A DNA stretch of 60,624 bases, filler included, from Sphacelaria rigidula (lineage: Eukaryota), in NCBI GenBank assembly GCA_964200075.2. It is 9 parts of 9 records of this genome, joined end to end, with 100 filler letters (N's around TTAATTAATTAA, not from the genome) between each part and the next. Parts side by side here need not be neighbours in the genome. Positions count along the whole stretch, not along the records: positions 1 to 6,648 come from CAXNAA020018840.1; positions 6,749 to 13,395 come from CAXNAA020018841.1; 7 more parts are not named here. The stretch is one strand, 5' to 3'. The notes under the pieces were generated by a model. It had not been told where the DNA came from, did no database searches, and worked only from the letters and a program-made list of their open reading frames with translations. The translations under genes were made by a program, and so were the position numbers. Below, piece by piece: positions 1 to 13,326 of this stretch. Each line of letters begins with the position of its first letter. Position 1 is the first letter of the stretch.

Positions 1-261
1 GTGTACCTGGGTTGCAACGCTGAAATGAAGCCTAGGGGTCGATTCGTCACGAGTCGACTCATCACATTAAAACCAAGTAATTTTCAGACGAATAATTATT
101 TGTCCGACCGTTGAAATGGTGCACTGAAAAACTCATCTTCAAGGTCTCGAATTCCAGGCGCACTTCCGCGGTAATCCCGGTCAAATTGTCGCGGCCCCAG
201 TTCTCGCCGAAAAGAGAAGAGTCAAACATATTCGGACTGTAAATTTGGTGGAGGCAGAGCA

Positions 262-506
262 ATGCTACGGTAGGGGTGCACTTTGTGCGCGAAATGTTGT
301 CTGGTTCAGGGGCTCCTAACGATTCTAGATGCACAAGAATGGGTCAGGACATCCCCGTTTGGAACTTCAGTCGGGATATCCCCAGCACATTGGAACAGTA
401 ATCCTGGCGTACTCTCACATACTTTCATAAGCTGTGTTTTGGATGAAATCAAGGGCGCCTCACAATTCTAACCTGAGAATATAATTGTGCACCCCTACCG
501 TAGCAT
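262..506. mobile_element. MITE with 20-bp TIR (ATGCTACGGTAGGGGTGCAC), copy 1
   Basis: Perfect inverted termini at 262-281 and 487-506; the internal sequence aligns with a second copy at ~2243-2504. Confidence 0.8.
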
Positions 507-1694
507 CACTCGACACCGAATCCTAGATATCTTTTGCGGCACTACTGTACATTAACCTTCTCTTCACTACAACATGATCAATTATCGATGACTATTTTAC
601 ATTCGAGACTATCGATGCGGGATCTTCAAGATGGGCTATCATAAGAGATCGCCCGAAAGTCGCATCTACGCTGTCGAGCCAGTAAGGGTAAGAAAACCTC
701 GATGCCGAATGGGGTCAAGTCCAGGCTCGCAAACGCCAGGTGAACGTGCAGCACCTGTACCGACGGACCCTGCCCTTTTCTCTTGGATTGAGACCAGCTT
801 GCGGGCTGACGCTGCTCCTCTTTTGTCACAGCTGTTTATAGTACATTCAAGACCTCATCAAGAGTTGAAAATTTAGCCCATGGTATGTACGACTGCATAG
901 CAAAACATGTCCAATGTATTGGTGATGTCTCATGTGGATATTTGAGCCCATGGTTTCTCCGTGTGTTGCCAGCATATAGCTCCACACTGTCTGCAGTGTT
1001 GTTGTGGAACAAACACTAGGCGGAGACAGCAGTAGCATGCCGTAGACTCTGTTCAGTGGAGAGTGATAGAACGCTGACTGCTTCTTGCCGTACTATCCAG
1101 CGAAGACACACAGCACACATACCACTCTGCACGCAATTGACTGCAGGGTCAAAACCGGTCAGGGGTTCTCCGGGACTCTAGATGCCTGACATCCACATGT
1201 TCATAAAAATTGGCGTTTTGTGTAGCGAAAGAACAGCTATTATGAACCCCAAATAGGGCATAGTCGCTTCTGAATCCAGCCGAGGGAAGTTCGCAGTCTA
1301 AGGGTCAGCGAGCCAGGCCAGGCTAAATAACACTCCAGCCACTTTATGAAAAAATATGTGTTTTGGTCCTCTTCTGTGTAGCCCAAATGCCTTCGGTATA
1401 CGTGATCCTTCCAACTTGAAAAATACAGTTTTTCCCGTACACAGCGGTATACGATGTGACCTTGCACATCTGTGACTGGCTAGGGTGGGGCGGGGGGGGG
1501 GGTATTCCTGGTCCAGCGAGAGCTTTATTGCCCATAAGCCTATATTTATGGTTTTTACGGGTTTTGGCTGCGCGGGGGGATATTTTTTGCAACCAGCGGT
1601 TTTGGCTGTGGAAAACAGAATGATCACTTGTTAAACTTGCAGGTATGGGGTGTCGTCTACAGTGGGGATCACGGTTGAATAGAGATCTGTTTAA

Positions 1695-1817
1695 CCCTTT
1701 TGGAACCCATCGACAATTTTTGTTTTAGGGCATCATTTTCAGTCATTTTGAAGTCAAAATGATGCCGATTCACAGGAACAAAAATAGCCAATAGGTTCCC
1801 CATGGGTTCCCAAAGGG
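1695..1817. mobile_element. piggyBac-like MITE
   Basis: TTAA|CCCTTTTGGAACCCAT...ATGGGTTCCCAAAGGG|TTAA. TTAA on both sides with CCC/GGG termini is the piggyBac signature. Confidence 0.8.
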
Positions 1818-2242
1818 TTAAAAGAGTCGTCAGTTTAAGAGAGGTCAGAATTGTTTTGGCACACCACTCTCTAAAATTGAACCCCGTTTCTCTTGAACCG
1901 CACATACCCTTCATTCCCCCGCTCTTTCTGCCCGCTGTTGACAACCATTGCAACAGTCTGCCGTCGTACTGTACAGCAGAACAGTAGTTGATAAATAGCT
2001 CGCAGCTTCACTGGCTGTAGCACGATACTTTGCGCAGCCGAACGGTGCATGCAGTATGGCCGAGGCGTCACACTATGTTCGTAAGGCCGAGCTGGCCTGA
2101 ATGGGCGAGTTTGGGTCACGGAAAACGACAAACTTGCATGGCAGACTTCGTGTATCAAAGTTGCAGGAGCTGCCGACAAGTGCAGTCTTGACCTCTGTCG
2201 CTGGGTACCGTAGGCGGCATGTACTTTCTTGATAAGTCGCTG

Positions 2243-2504
2243 GGTACGGTAGTGAGGTTGATTCGCACGTTTTCGGCCAAATCTTGTCTGGTTCAGGGGC
2301 TCCCACCGATTCTAGGTGCACAAGGATATGGGTCAGGGCATCCCCATTTGCAAACCCATTCGGGATACTCCTCGCCCGTTGAAGTAGCGATCCTTCCTGG
2401 TGTACTCTCACATATTTCAGTAGTCGTCGTGTTTTGGATAAGATAAAGGGCTCGTGACAATCATATATACCTCAGAAAATATATGTGCACCCCTACCGTA
2501 GCAT
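2243..2504. mobile_element. MITE, copy 2 of the 262-506 family (left TIR degenerate)
   Basis: Shares TCTGGTTCAGGGGCTCC...GATTCTAG.TGCACAAG, TGG.GTACTCTCACAT and the right TIR GTGCACCCCTACCGTAGCAT with copy 1. Confidence 0.75.
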
Positions 2505-2678
2505 CCCTCAGCACTCGTACTGTATGTGGTTTTCTGTTTTTCTGTTTTTCCGGGCCGTTTCTGTTTTTGTTTCTTTGGTTCCGAGATGCGATGTGTGTGT
2601 GTGATGCCGATAAAAGTACAGTATAGTACTACTGTACAGCAGTAGCACAGCAGTGAGCTGTACAGCAGTAGTTCTGTG

Positions 2679-2707
<29 letters not shown>
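2679..2707. repeat. (CT)n microsatellite
   Basis: Direct inspection. Confidence 0.9.
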
Positions 2708-2710
<3 letters not shown>

Positions 2711-3338
2711 TTCTCTTGGCCGCTATGCTCAGATGTTGAAGTAGTAGCATTTAGATCACGGAATACAGCAGTAATGTTCTTCCACATCGCAACAAGGAGG
2801 AATTTTCCTGGGTGTGGGTCCTGTATCGCACCATAAATAATGGAACATGTTGGGTCAAAAGTTATTCGAGGAGCTATGACACAAGCTTACCTTCCAGATC
2901 TCTTGATTTCACCCACAATCTAAAACTCATACGTATACATATGTATCGTTTTAGGAGAGGTTTTCTGGTAAAGCGAGTGCTCGCTTTACCAGAAAACCTC
3001 TCTTGAAACAACAAAATAGAAAGCTATCATTCAAGAGAGGTCAAAGTAACTTGGCGCACCTCTCTCTCAAACAACAGTCCTCATTGTATCCGGATTTCAC
3101 AGGGTGTCCGTCTGATTTCGCTTCGTAGACTTTCCAACTCGCACACACACTCACAGACACGGAAAATGCTTACGTGAAAACGAACCTAAATGTTTGATAA
3201 AAACAAATCTCAGGATTTCATGTTGAAAATAGTTTCGACTCCCTGTCTGTTTCTCTTTTGTCTCACATTCGTCTTCATTGGGGTCCGTCCCCACTCGCTC
3301 GCCACGGTGAAAAAAAACAAAATCAAATAAAAAACAAG

Positions 3339-3488
3339 GCGTGGCGGCGTATTGATACACAATGGATCGGAGGCTACGCTCTCGGATTGCACGGTGTCAG
3401 GCAGCCGTCTCGCTGGAGTGGATGTGCGCACGGGCGCAGAGGCGTCAGTGGAGGCCTGTTCGGTCAAGGACGGCAAGGCTAGCGGCAT
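3339..3488 (+). CDS. Internal exon of a right-handed parallel beta-helix (PbH1/pectin-lyase-like) protein
   Basis: AG acceptor at 3337-3338 and GTGAGT donor at 3489. Translates RGGVLIHNGSEATLSDCTVSGSRLAGVDVRTGAEASVEACSVKDGKASG(I), with ~23-aa beta-helix periodicity. Its phase (ends in AT) joins in frame to the exon at 4619. Confidence 0.75.
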
Positions 3489-4531
3489 GTGAGTCTCTGC
3501 GATGCAGCCGGTACACAGACGGGTATGCACTGTACGTAACGGTGGATACTAATTCATCACCCTGGGGTGATGCTCAGAGGGGTGGGGTGATGAACAACGT
3601 ACCCCTCTGCGGACCCGTGAATACCCATATGATGCCGGAAATAACCGAAACTAATTAACCGGGTATTACTCAGGGCGCGCGCGCGCGGGGAGGGGGGGAT
3701 ATACTATATATACGCGTGATACCCACCGTATTCCATGTCAAGGTATGAGGCACCCTGGTGCAAGCGGGAACGGTGCGCCACTCGTACCTTGGCAGTGGGC
3801 CGAAAACAAATACCTACAGGCAAAAGTCTTACTAGAGCGACTTTTGCCGAGCACTACCGCGATATTTGCCTAGTATATCGTCGCGCCGAACATCTAGACG
3901 TTGCTGCGACTGGGCTATCGGAAATCAATGGCGCTGCGCTTCCGACTCTGTATGGCCTGGGAATGGGAGGTAAAATGACACTCCACCATCCACGATAAAC
4001 TTGACAATCACTAGATATTTCCCACCATATTTCCCCGAATGTTTGCGCCGCGACGAATCAGTACCGGCAGTGCTGCAAAGTGTCCTGGCGGCTTGGACTT
4101 TTTTACCCTTTCCTTCACCGCCATACAGTGCCTACATACTATCTGCTGTGGTACGGGTGTGACAACTTGGGTGTTGTATCTAGCCTCTTTTTTAGTAGGG
4201 ATCTTTGGTGCAGCATATCGAGGACGACGGCGTGTGTTGTGCCGGTGCTTGCTCGTGCACGTTACAGCGTACCCGTTCGGTGTTTTATGCAAGATCAACT
4301 GTTTGTTTCTGTATCTCTCATCTCTTGTTACGCGAGGGGGGGGCGGGGGGGGGTGATCGTACCAAGTGATAACTTCTCTCTGCTTGTCTTTGCGTGTGCT
4401 GTCTTTATCGTGTCTCTCCTATCGTCTATTTCATGGACCACGCGGGCCGTTCGGCATGTCTCGGTCGGCGTGTTCCGTCAAAACTACGCCCTCTACCACA
4501 ACAAAAATTATTCGTGTATCTTCACGGCACA

Positions 4532-4542
4532 CCATCATCATT

Positions 4543-4581
<39 letters not shown>
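4532..4581. repeat. (CAT)n microsatellite in an intron
   Basis: Direct inspection; lies just upstream of the CAG acceptor at 4616-4618. Confidence 0.9.
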
Positions 4582-4582
<1 letters not shown>

Positions 4583-4618
4583 ACCAACCACAACATCAAC
4601 AACTATCATTGTCATCAG

Positions 4619-4967
4619 CTACACATCCGCCGGCGGCAGCGTAGCCGTGTCGTTTACACGTCTCAGCGGCAACCGCTTGGCTGCTGTTGAAACAAAGCCA
4701 ACATCACCAGAAGAAGCAGCATCGCCACTACCATCATCAACAGAATACACCCTACATGGTCATGTCGCAGATGATGACGAAAACGATGACTGCTGCAACG
4801 TAGGGGGACCGGAGGGGATGGGGGGTAGCGATACAGTAGATGATTGCCGCAACAGCAAGGGTGTCGGGGTCACTCCTTTTCCGCATTCGAGTGTGATCAT
4901 GGGAGCAGGCAATGTTGTGAAGGGAAACGGTGTCGACGGCGTCATGGAGCAAGCGAGACACTACTAA
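4619..4967 (+). CDS. Terminal exon of the beta-helix protein
   Basis: CAG acceptor; AT|C TAC gives ...SGIYTSAGGSVAVSFTRLSGNRLAAVE..., continuing the beta-helix pattern, then a low-complexity acidic tail and TAA at 4965-4967. Confidence 0.7.
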
Positions 4968-6087
4968 ATGCACGACGAGCTACGATACGAGGAGGGGGTT
5001 CTGAAAAGGGGGAACGAACTCTTCGAATGGGAATGAACGGAGGTCGAAGTTGTAAATGATACTGGGAAATAGTACCCGTCAGAGGTACCTTTGACGAGAT
5101 CTGATCCCCCCTGAAGGTGGAAGAGCTGACGTCAGAGGCAGGCTCTCCTCACGTCCACATCTTCCACGTCCGATCATTTGTTTGTTACGTTGTTGCGAGG
5201 TGGACCAAACACGATCCGACATCACGGGATCGGGACGGGCACAACGCTGAGTTTTTGAACGACCAAGATAGACCAAACCGCGCCCCGTGACAGGTGTACA
5301 GGACGACAAAACATTCGTTGTCTAGGATGGATCGTTGACGAACACGAGAACAAAGTAGCAGCAACAGCAGCTCGCTATTTACCTCGCGGGTCGATTGATG
5401 GATTCCCGATCGGACGATTGAACGACAAGTGATCACGACTTGTTTGTTTAAACACTGTAGCAGCAGTCATTGTACGGCGTGCATAGCTCAAGCGGCGCGT
5501 GCACGCAGCGTAAAACATCCACTTATTCAGTACAAGAAGAATATAAATGAACCCTTTCACGTGCGGGTGGGCGATCTGGGTGTCGGATACATTCCCAAGT
5601 GAAGAAGGTACCCATTCAACAGAGATATGCTGTCTCTGTACAGATGTTGGGTAGTAGTCTGTACAGCAGAGAACAGACGACATCAGTAATACTGGAGTAG
5701 TATCTGCCACTCCTACTGTACAGTGCTCGTGCTGCGTTGATCACGATTTTTTTGTTGCGTTGAAATGTAAAGACAAGCACCCGACTGCCCACACTTCACC
5801 AGCAATATAGGGCAATTTACGCAGCACATACACCACATGCACGCGGCGTAAAGCAGCCAGTAGTACGGTATAAGAAGACGAGGAACAATCCTTTGACATG
5901 TGGTTCGGATATCTGTGTATCGAATACATTTTTAACTTGAAAAAGATGGCAAGATATGAGAGAAGGTGCTTCATACATCCTTTTGGCAGGGGGTAAGTAT
6001 GGGAGGGTTTGCCCGCATGAAAGGCACCTCCATTTCGTATCTCCAGTTTACGTACCGTGACCCGCCAGGACGATTTCTACATTGGTT

Positions 6088-6185
6088 TAACCCTTGGACC
6101 GCGACGGTAATTCATCTGGGCCATGCATACTTTTTTCAAGAGACATCGATGTCGATTCAACAGCTGACCTACTCTCGCCTTCTAA
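6088..6185 (+). mobile_element. Left end of a piggyBac-like element (homologous to 40876-40975)
   Basis: TTAACCCTTGGACCGCG...GATG.CGATTCA.CAG.TGACCTACTCTCGC is shared with 40876-40975. Confidence 0.55.
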
Positions 6186-6240
6186 GATGAAATATTAGAA
6201 CAACTCATACTATAGCTGTATCACGAAATTTACTGGTGTT

Positions 6241-6494
6241 CAGTCATCCTATGATAAGGGGGGGGGGGGGTATTTCGGGTCACTCGTTGCACGAAATTCC
6301 AAGTCCAATCGCCGTTGAAAGCAGCAACGCTTATTCGAATGAGCCGTCGTAGATATATAACGCTGGTTCATACTGCTTGACACCGTGTTTGACCAAGTAC
6401 AAGCGCACCGCGAATGTCACAGGTCGTCTGACACACCTGTGAGCCTTTTCTTCGTGCAATCGCATACCCCAACCCCCCTATCGTAGGATGACTC
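6241..6494. mobile_element. ~255-bp MITE (TIR GAGTCATCCTACGATAGGGGG), copy 1
   Basis: Inverted termini; TGTT on both flanks; homologous to 30052-30306 and ~33753-34009. Confidence 0.8.
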
Positions 6495-6648
6495 TGTTTT
6501 GACTATGCTTTCCGTTTCTATTTCTTGCAACGTGTCGATGGATAGAACGTCGAATTTTTTCACAAAACCCATTTAACAGCCGATTTTATATTTTGGGGTT
6601 CAAACAAAATATGGGGCTGAAGTGGCATATCTGTCTTGCACGAAAGAC

Positions 6649-6748
6649 NNNNNNNNNNNNNNNNNNNNNNNNNNNNNNNNNNNNNNNNNNNNTTAATTAA
6701 TTAANNNNNNNNNNNNNNNNNNNNNNNNNNNNNNNNNNNNNNNNNNNN
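6649..6748. other. Artificial contig spacer N44-TTAATTAATTAA-N44 (also at 13396, 20143, 26890, 33637, 40384, 47131 and 53878)
   Basis: Identical 100-bp linkers with stops in all six frames, spaced exactly 6747 bp apart. Confidence 0.98.
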
Positions 6749-7299
6749 CGCCCTGATTGAACAGGTCGCTCCCAGACTTGTTAATTATTATTTTACTAAA
6801 ACGTCGTGAACGTGGTGTTAGTGAGCTTGAGTCCCAAAAGGGTTAAGATGGGCCCTAAATACCAGCAACCAAGAAGAAAAAATCAGAAGCTTGCAACAAC
6901 AAGACTGTCCAGACTAATGGATGGGGGGGGGGAAAGAAGTCCAATACTCGTCAAACATGGAAGGAAGGCAAAGCGGCACTATCATCTCCTCATACTCCGA
7001 AGGACAGCTGTGTTTATACTGTTATTCGCAGCTTTGCAGCGATCGTGATCTCAGATCTGCTCCGCCACGCCACCCGTTTGTCGCCGTTGTCAAACACCCC
7101 CGCTGAATCAAATCACCAAATCCACACAGCGGTTACTCTGTCGCCTCCTATCCTACAAATAGATTCTGCATCCGTTTGCTCTACAGCAATAATACTCGCA
7201 AGTGCAACTCGTAAGCACTGCGGAAACGCCGAACACACAGAAGCAAGTTGGGTACTGCGGTGACTGCTCACGTGGAGGAGCGCAACCCTTTCTTGGACC

Positions 7300-7420
7300 T
7301 CAAGTTAGAATCGCCAATGTCCCACGCGACTCCGTGGCACCCGTGAAAAAGCACCAGGTGGTTGACCGATTCGGCGCCCAACCTGTTGCGATTCTTCGTG
7401 ACGATGTTGCAGGCAACCTT
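7300..7420 (-). pseudogene. hAT transposase C-terminal dimerisation-domain remnant
   Basis: Translation ACNIVTKNRNRLGAESVNHLVLFH resembles the hATC end motif (GNIVT..RNRL....V..LVFLH). Adjacent to a hAT-like terminus. Confidence 0.5.
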
Positions 7421-7539
7421 GTGGAGTCGCGGGGGGCGGGACTGAAACAACTGGAGGCCTGCCGTTTGGAAAATACCATCCTCCCCTGCAGTAGTTCCTT
7501 TGACCACAGGTTCGAGAGATTGAGCTAATGTGACGAAAA

Positions 7540-7698
7540 TGGGGCTAAAATATCGAGCGTATCGATATTCGATATCGACAATCGATATTGATAAATATCG
7601 ACATATATTGGTTTTCTACACTCCGATATCGATACTGCATATCGCCGATATTTATCGAAATCGTATCGATTATCGATATATCCGATGTGCAACCCTGC
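7540..7698. mobile_element. hAT-like terminal/subterminal segment with ATCGAT repeats
   Basis: Reverse complement of the right end reads CAGGGTTGCAC (hAT-type TIR); dense (T)ATCGAT(A) subrepeats; a similar TAGGGCTGGAAATATCGA end with TTCGAT repeats occurs at ~11878-11985. Confidence 0.55.
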
Positions 7699-10600
7699 AC
7701 GGGAGTCATGTGCCCCTTCGTTCATTTCCGCCGCTCGTTTTGCTCGCAAAAGCTAAGCTGCTCTGTTTTTGACCCTGCCCGTCGGGCGCGAATAATCATA
7801 AAGTGGACTTGAAGCCATCTGGGAACATGAACGTCGTGGGCGTATCTGATACGGCCTCGTAACGACCAATTCGATTCGACGGCATGTTTTCGAGTCGATT
7901 TATTTTTGTAGGACACGGCGTCAGGCAAACGCAGCAGCTTCTCGTCGACCCGCGCGATTCGAATATCACGTATACCAGCAGCTGCCTCTTTCCGGTGGAT
8001 TCCGAATCTTGTATGCAAGAAACAGTTTCCCGCACCCGTAAGATCCGGACTAGGAGTACAAGACACAATATTCAGTATTCCCCACCTGCCCACCTGTATG
8101 GCCCGGGTACATTGAGCATGTCCACAAGTCCGTAGATTGACTGTAGCAGCCCAGGCACATGAATCGTCACGAACGTATATTTATTCCCAGGACTGATTGG
8201 CGAAGTGTACGAGTACAACTGTGGAACGTTGATCTGCTCGTGTGCTCAACACATTGTAGACGTGTGGAAGAAACGGGATATGTGGTGCGCCGAAGGAGCG
8301 AAGTCATCCCGCACAACACGCATCGCTTTGCTGATGGCAACACCCACTTAGTTCACACTCAAATAGCAACTACAGCAGCGGCCCCTGAGCATTAGCATTG
8401 ACTTCACTTGGTCGCGTTTTTTTAGTGTGCTCTGAGCACTAAGCGTCGTGGCGGAAGGTAATGTGGACTTCTTCACTCCGGTAGCAGTAGCAGTCGCGGT
8501 GAGGAATAATGGTTGTGATTTGCGTAGATGAGACGTCTGTTCAGTTGTGCCAGCGGCAGTAAGGACGACTGTTTCCGTATTTTCTCGTTCAGGGTGCGCA
8601 CTCATGCACCGCGGGAAAAGGAAGAAACAAGATATAGCTATATGCTCAATTGACTCATCATGACGCTGTTGGGGCCGCGTCTGACGGAAAATTCGGGGAA
8701 AAATCGTCGACGTGTACATTGCCGGCGTTGATGAAGCACGGGTGGCCCCCGCAAGCGTGCCCGATGATCAGCCGCATGACCTTCGCGATCTACGATTGAT
8801 CTGCATCGGTATGACACGTTTAACCTATACACATTTCTCGGCTGGTGACCTGAAGAACCCGGTTGCTCTGTACAGATGACCAGATAAACTATGCGTATGG
8901 CCCCTTGGTTCGTACAAGTCCGCCTGATGGTGATCTGTATGACCCGAGTATTCGGACGAGGGTTTGATTTCTATCCTCTGTTTATCCGGACATCACCTCC
9001 TTGGGCACACCTGTGTAATCCGAATCAGGTGTACTCGAAACGCCAACAACAACCTGTGGTACCCTCGTGACTCGTACATGAGACCTGCCTTGTGATCGAT
9101 GATACCCGGAACACGTGCACCATTCCATAAGTAGTGGCACTGTGTCATTCGAATTTCGTACACAAATCTGCTCACACTTTACCTGTATCACCCGGGTGAC
9201 ACATATAATGATCTTTCCGACGTGTGGAAGTATCGGTGTAAATACGACGGCATTGAAAAAAAAAGATAGCTGTCAAGATTACCCTGACCTATCACGCTAT
9301 CATCGTGTATAAATCCTATTTACTATAGCTTCAGCGTCCTTCTCCCTCTTTCGTGTACGGTGCATTTTCAGCAGATGATCAAGCAGCGGGCAGTTTTACA
9401 TTCCACGGGTTGTACAAATCTTTTACGGTAGGGTGGCGGCACCCTTCTCTTTGTAGCACGTACAAATTCCATGTTCTGCACCTGCGAAGTGGTGAAGGAG
9501 TGAAGGAGAAGCAGCAGGATTTACTATGGGCATGAGTCATTGACGATATATTGCAAGTTCGCAGTCATGGTTTCAGTAGCAAGAAGCGTCGAAGTCGAAC
9601 AATGGTGCCGGGCCTAGCACCAGCTCAATGTACAAGCTCTGAGCTATCAACCCTTCAAACTCTCGACAGTGGACACAATGAAGTACATTGCTTCAGTAAT
9701 AGACGCGGGGGAAAACAAATCGATATATACCATCGAACACGATGGATGGTGAAACACATCTAGTGATATGTATTGCAAGGGACAATAGACGTCGCAGTAG
9801 CCGATCAATCCTCTATGGTAATCGCAATATATTAAGATCACTGGCCATCGATGAGCATCGTATACCGCAATAGATTCCGGGATGTATATATCGATAGCCT
9901 TTGCCGTAGTCAACATATTTGGTGAGCCATCTATCGGTAGCCTTTGCCGTCATCCATAGGTTTGGGAAACAATCTATCGATGGCCTCTGCCGCCAACAAT
10001 GCATTTTAGGGTATCTATCACTATGGTCATTGTCGTCAAGAATCGATTGCTCTAGGGAGCATCTGTCGATAGCCAGTAACGCCAACGATAGGTTTTGATG
10101 AATATATTGCTCGCTGCAGTGGTCATATGGCATCGACGGCAATATTTCTCACACGGGTATACGCAACTACCTGAGGCGACAGCTGGCCATAGCATCTGTC
10201 GAATAAGGTAAAAACATACATGGAAAAATGTGCATACATAGATAGCGCTGGTGATCGACGCCATTCAGCTCCTTTTGTGGCGATCAATAGATATTGGTGG
10301 CCGCGGTTCAGATGATGGTGACCAGTAATATACATTGGTGGGCGCAAGTTAGATCCCACTGTCACCAACAATATGTAATGGTGGTCGCGTGGCAAATCCT
10401 GTTGTGACTAGCAGTTTATGTTGGTGGCCGCAATTCAGAGCCTATTGTAACATAATAAACGTATCGATAGACAACTTGGCCCTTCCATTGTCACGGCACA
10501 CGTCATGGTTGTTGATGCATCAGCCACGACCAGCACCACTTGCCGTATCAGTAAAATCATCGCGCCACTGGTATGGTCCACACGAACAGCTGTTGTCGCT

Positions 10601-10765
10601 GGACAGCTGCAAGGCGTCATGTATTTCTTTCGCTGGGGAGTGGACGCGGGTGGTGTTGACGCCACTCGTAGGGATGTGCTTGGGGTGTTGCTTTGATTTC
10701 GCGCCCGAGGTTTTCGGAAAGTTCCTCTCATCCCCGATGGACAACTGAGGAAGGTCACAAGTTGA

Positions 10766-10787
10766 CACACCCACCCACCCACCCACC

Positions 10788-10842
<55 letters not shown>
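10766..10842. repeat. (CCCA)n(CA)n microsatellite
   Basis: Direct inspection. Confidence 0.9.
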
Positions 10843-10844
<2 letters not shown>

Positions 10845-13326
10845 GCAGCGCGCATGGAACCGGAGCGGTGAGCTTGTTGCCTGCACCAACCCCGGTACTA
10901 GGTACCAAAGGTGTGACGGGTGCATCTATCACCCAAAATTCGCGGAGCCCGATAATACTCACAGCTGAATGATGACACCCGGGAGGTGTAGGGAGTGGTC
11001 ACCCGCCTTGCTCACCCACAGGCCAGTACTGCGGCATGCCCTGTTGGCCAAAGCCTCTTGTTTTGCATCGTTTCTGCCCAAAACGACCATGTCGTTCTAG
11101 CGCCCATCTACACGTGAAACATTAACATGCCCTCGAATCTCGCGGGACAATCAGTGGGCAAAATCTCGCTACCGAATTCCAGGGCGTTCATACGGTCAAC
11201 CCAGAAAGGAGATAGAAATCGAAATCGAGGTCGAGGTCCAATCAAATGTTTTGGTGTTGAATATTGCACCTGGGTCCGGCACCGGCAGCAACAATGCCTC
11301 GGAATTGCGTTGAGATTTTGGGCTTATAGCCATCGGAAACTGTAACGGCGGTGGACCAAAGCATGGCCGATCGAAAGGGTTCCAACGCTGATGAAGAGAG
11401 TTGCGATGCACTCTCAGCAGTGCACGATATTTTGCCCTCGCAATAGCTGTTGCTCAAGCACGCACGGTGTGCTTGTTTAGGTTTTCGGTTCTCCAGCAAA
11501 TGAGGCTGCAGTGACTGTATTCGCGAAAACGTACTGTACACCAGAAATGGCGCCAGAGTTGCACGGTGTGGGGCGCGAATATGACGCGATCGTTTTTACT
11601 CATCATTGATGCCCGCTCAATCCGCACCCGAACGTCCTTGACCATGGCACATTGTGTCCTCTTTGATCCAGGCTATCTGTGGATTCGTGTGCGTTGTACT
11701 CTGGTGTCCGCCGCGCGCCCTGGAATTATAGGCACACCGCATACATGTATCTTCATGTGTATGTCTTGATCGGTCGGTCGGTATTTTGTCTGTGTATTCC
11801 TCTTCACTTCTTTTTAATACCGCGTTTCGACAAAAGTAGTTCAACGCTTCGATTTTAGGCATGTGTTAGGGTGTTGCTAGGGCTGGAAATATCGAAACAA
11901 ACGGATCAGGGCACCGGGTCGATGACGGCCCCGTATTTAGTTTCGATTTTCGATTTTCGATCTTCGATCTTCGATCTTCGATTGAATTTGTGCCACAAAG
12001 ACACGCCCTCAGGATGTGTTGTCTGAAAACATATGGACAGCGAAAAAGTGCGGCACCACTGTCTTTCTGCATTTCGTTTATTCTGTCCTGGTTGGGTTCA
12101 GAGTAGATTCCGAAAAGATGAACGGGAAAATGCGGGGGGAACTCTGAGCAGACTCATGCTAAGTTACCTCAAATTTCCAAACCCGAAGCTGTAAGATGAT
12201 TCGAAAGCCCGCGGCTACCAGCGCAAGTGGTGGAAAGAAACCATGACAATTATACGCCCTCACCAAGTGATGAAGCGATCGGCTGAGAAGAGCGCCAGCA
12301 CACAGATGATGGAGCTGCGGAGATATCATTGCTGGTTACTGTCCGCAATGGTGTACTGGTTGGTGAGAGCGGTGCAGGCGTTCGTGACGTGCTCCCCATC
12401 AGCATCAACCGGGCCACTGCCGCGGCGAGAGATATCGGGGGGCTCCACCAAGGCTGGCGCGAGTTCATACGGCCGATTGTGAAGTGCGGCACATTTCGCA
12501 TGCGATACCTCATGAGGTACAGTGAGGTCAGGCAACTTTACGGCATGTTGCGTATGCGTCCGGAGGGCAATGAGCTGCGCTGGAAGCATAAGAATGGTAC
12601 TGACGCGGGAGAGTGGGCATTTGGCTAGCATTCTGTAATGACTAGTTGGTGGCACCGTATAAAAGGTCGCGGACGGACGGCATACCCATGCATCAAGCTG
12701 ACGCTGACCTTAGCAACAGCCGAAGTCCGTGTAAAGTTTTCGACCAGTTAATAGGAGTTGCAAATGCACCGCGGTAGAATACGGAAGGCGAAGCACAGGG
12801 TGAAACGATGAAATACTGAGTGACGGCCGCCGACGAGTTGCTGGTTTGGCGGCGCAAACGGACCGTGAGAAAGCGTCCAGGTATGGATTGCCGCTACCCG
12901 AGGCACAAAGAAGCGGTAGACATGGACTTTAGGGTGAACATGAAGTGGTGTGTCCAATGTGTCCAAAGATGCTAGTGTCACTGACTGACACGCGGCATAT
13001 CGACACGCAAACGTTCATGTGCTTAGCACTCTGCAGTATTCGTGCCGTGTCGGGTGAGAGCGGCAGTTCAGATTGCATCGTGAACAGCACCTCGAACCAA
13101 GGCGGTCGCACAGTTGCGTCGGCTGCCACCACCGTCCGTTGTACCTCCAACTCCCAAATATCGCGGCAGGCCCGCGCCATCCGCAGTATCATGCACCGGT
13201 CATGTCTGGCCGAAACCCAGGCTACCCCCAAACACATACGCCGCGCGGGTCTACATAAAGAAATGGGCGGGGCTGATCTACAACGCCGGCGGAACAGGGG
13301 CGGTCTACGATGCTGACGGGATGGGC

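Noticed and set aside
4080..4618. Poly-His N-terminal part of the 295-aa ORF
   Set aside because: It is an intronic (CAT)n microsatellite read through by chance; the real exon starts at 4619.
6693..6704. TTAATTAATTAA at exact 6747-bp periodicity as a biological repeat array
   Set aside because: It is embedded in N-runs and is an artificial six-frame-stop linker.
6088..6846. A single piggyBac element from TTAACCC (6088) to GGGTTAA (6846)
   Set aside because: The two ends are on different, unrelated contigs.
12329..13316. Short ORFs as genes
   Set aside because: No recognisable motifs or consistent splice sites.
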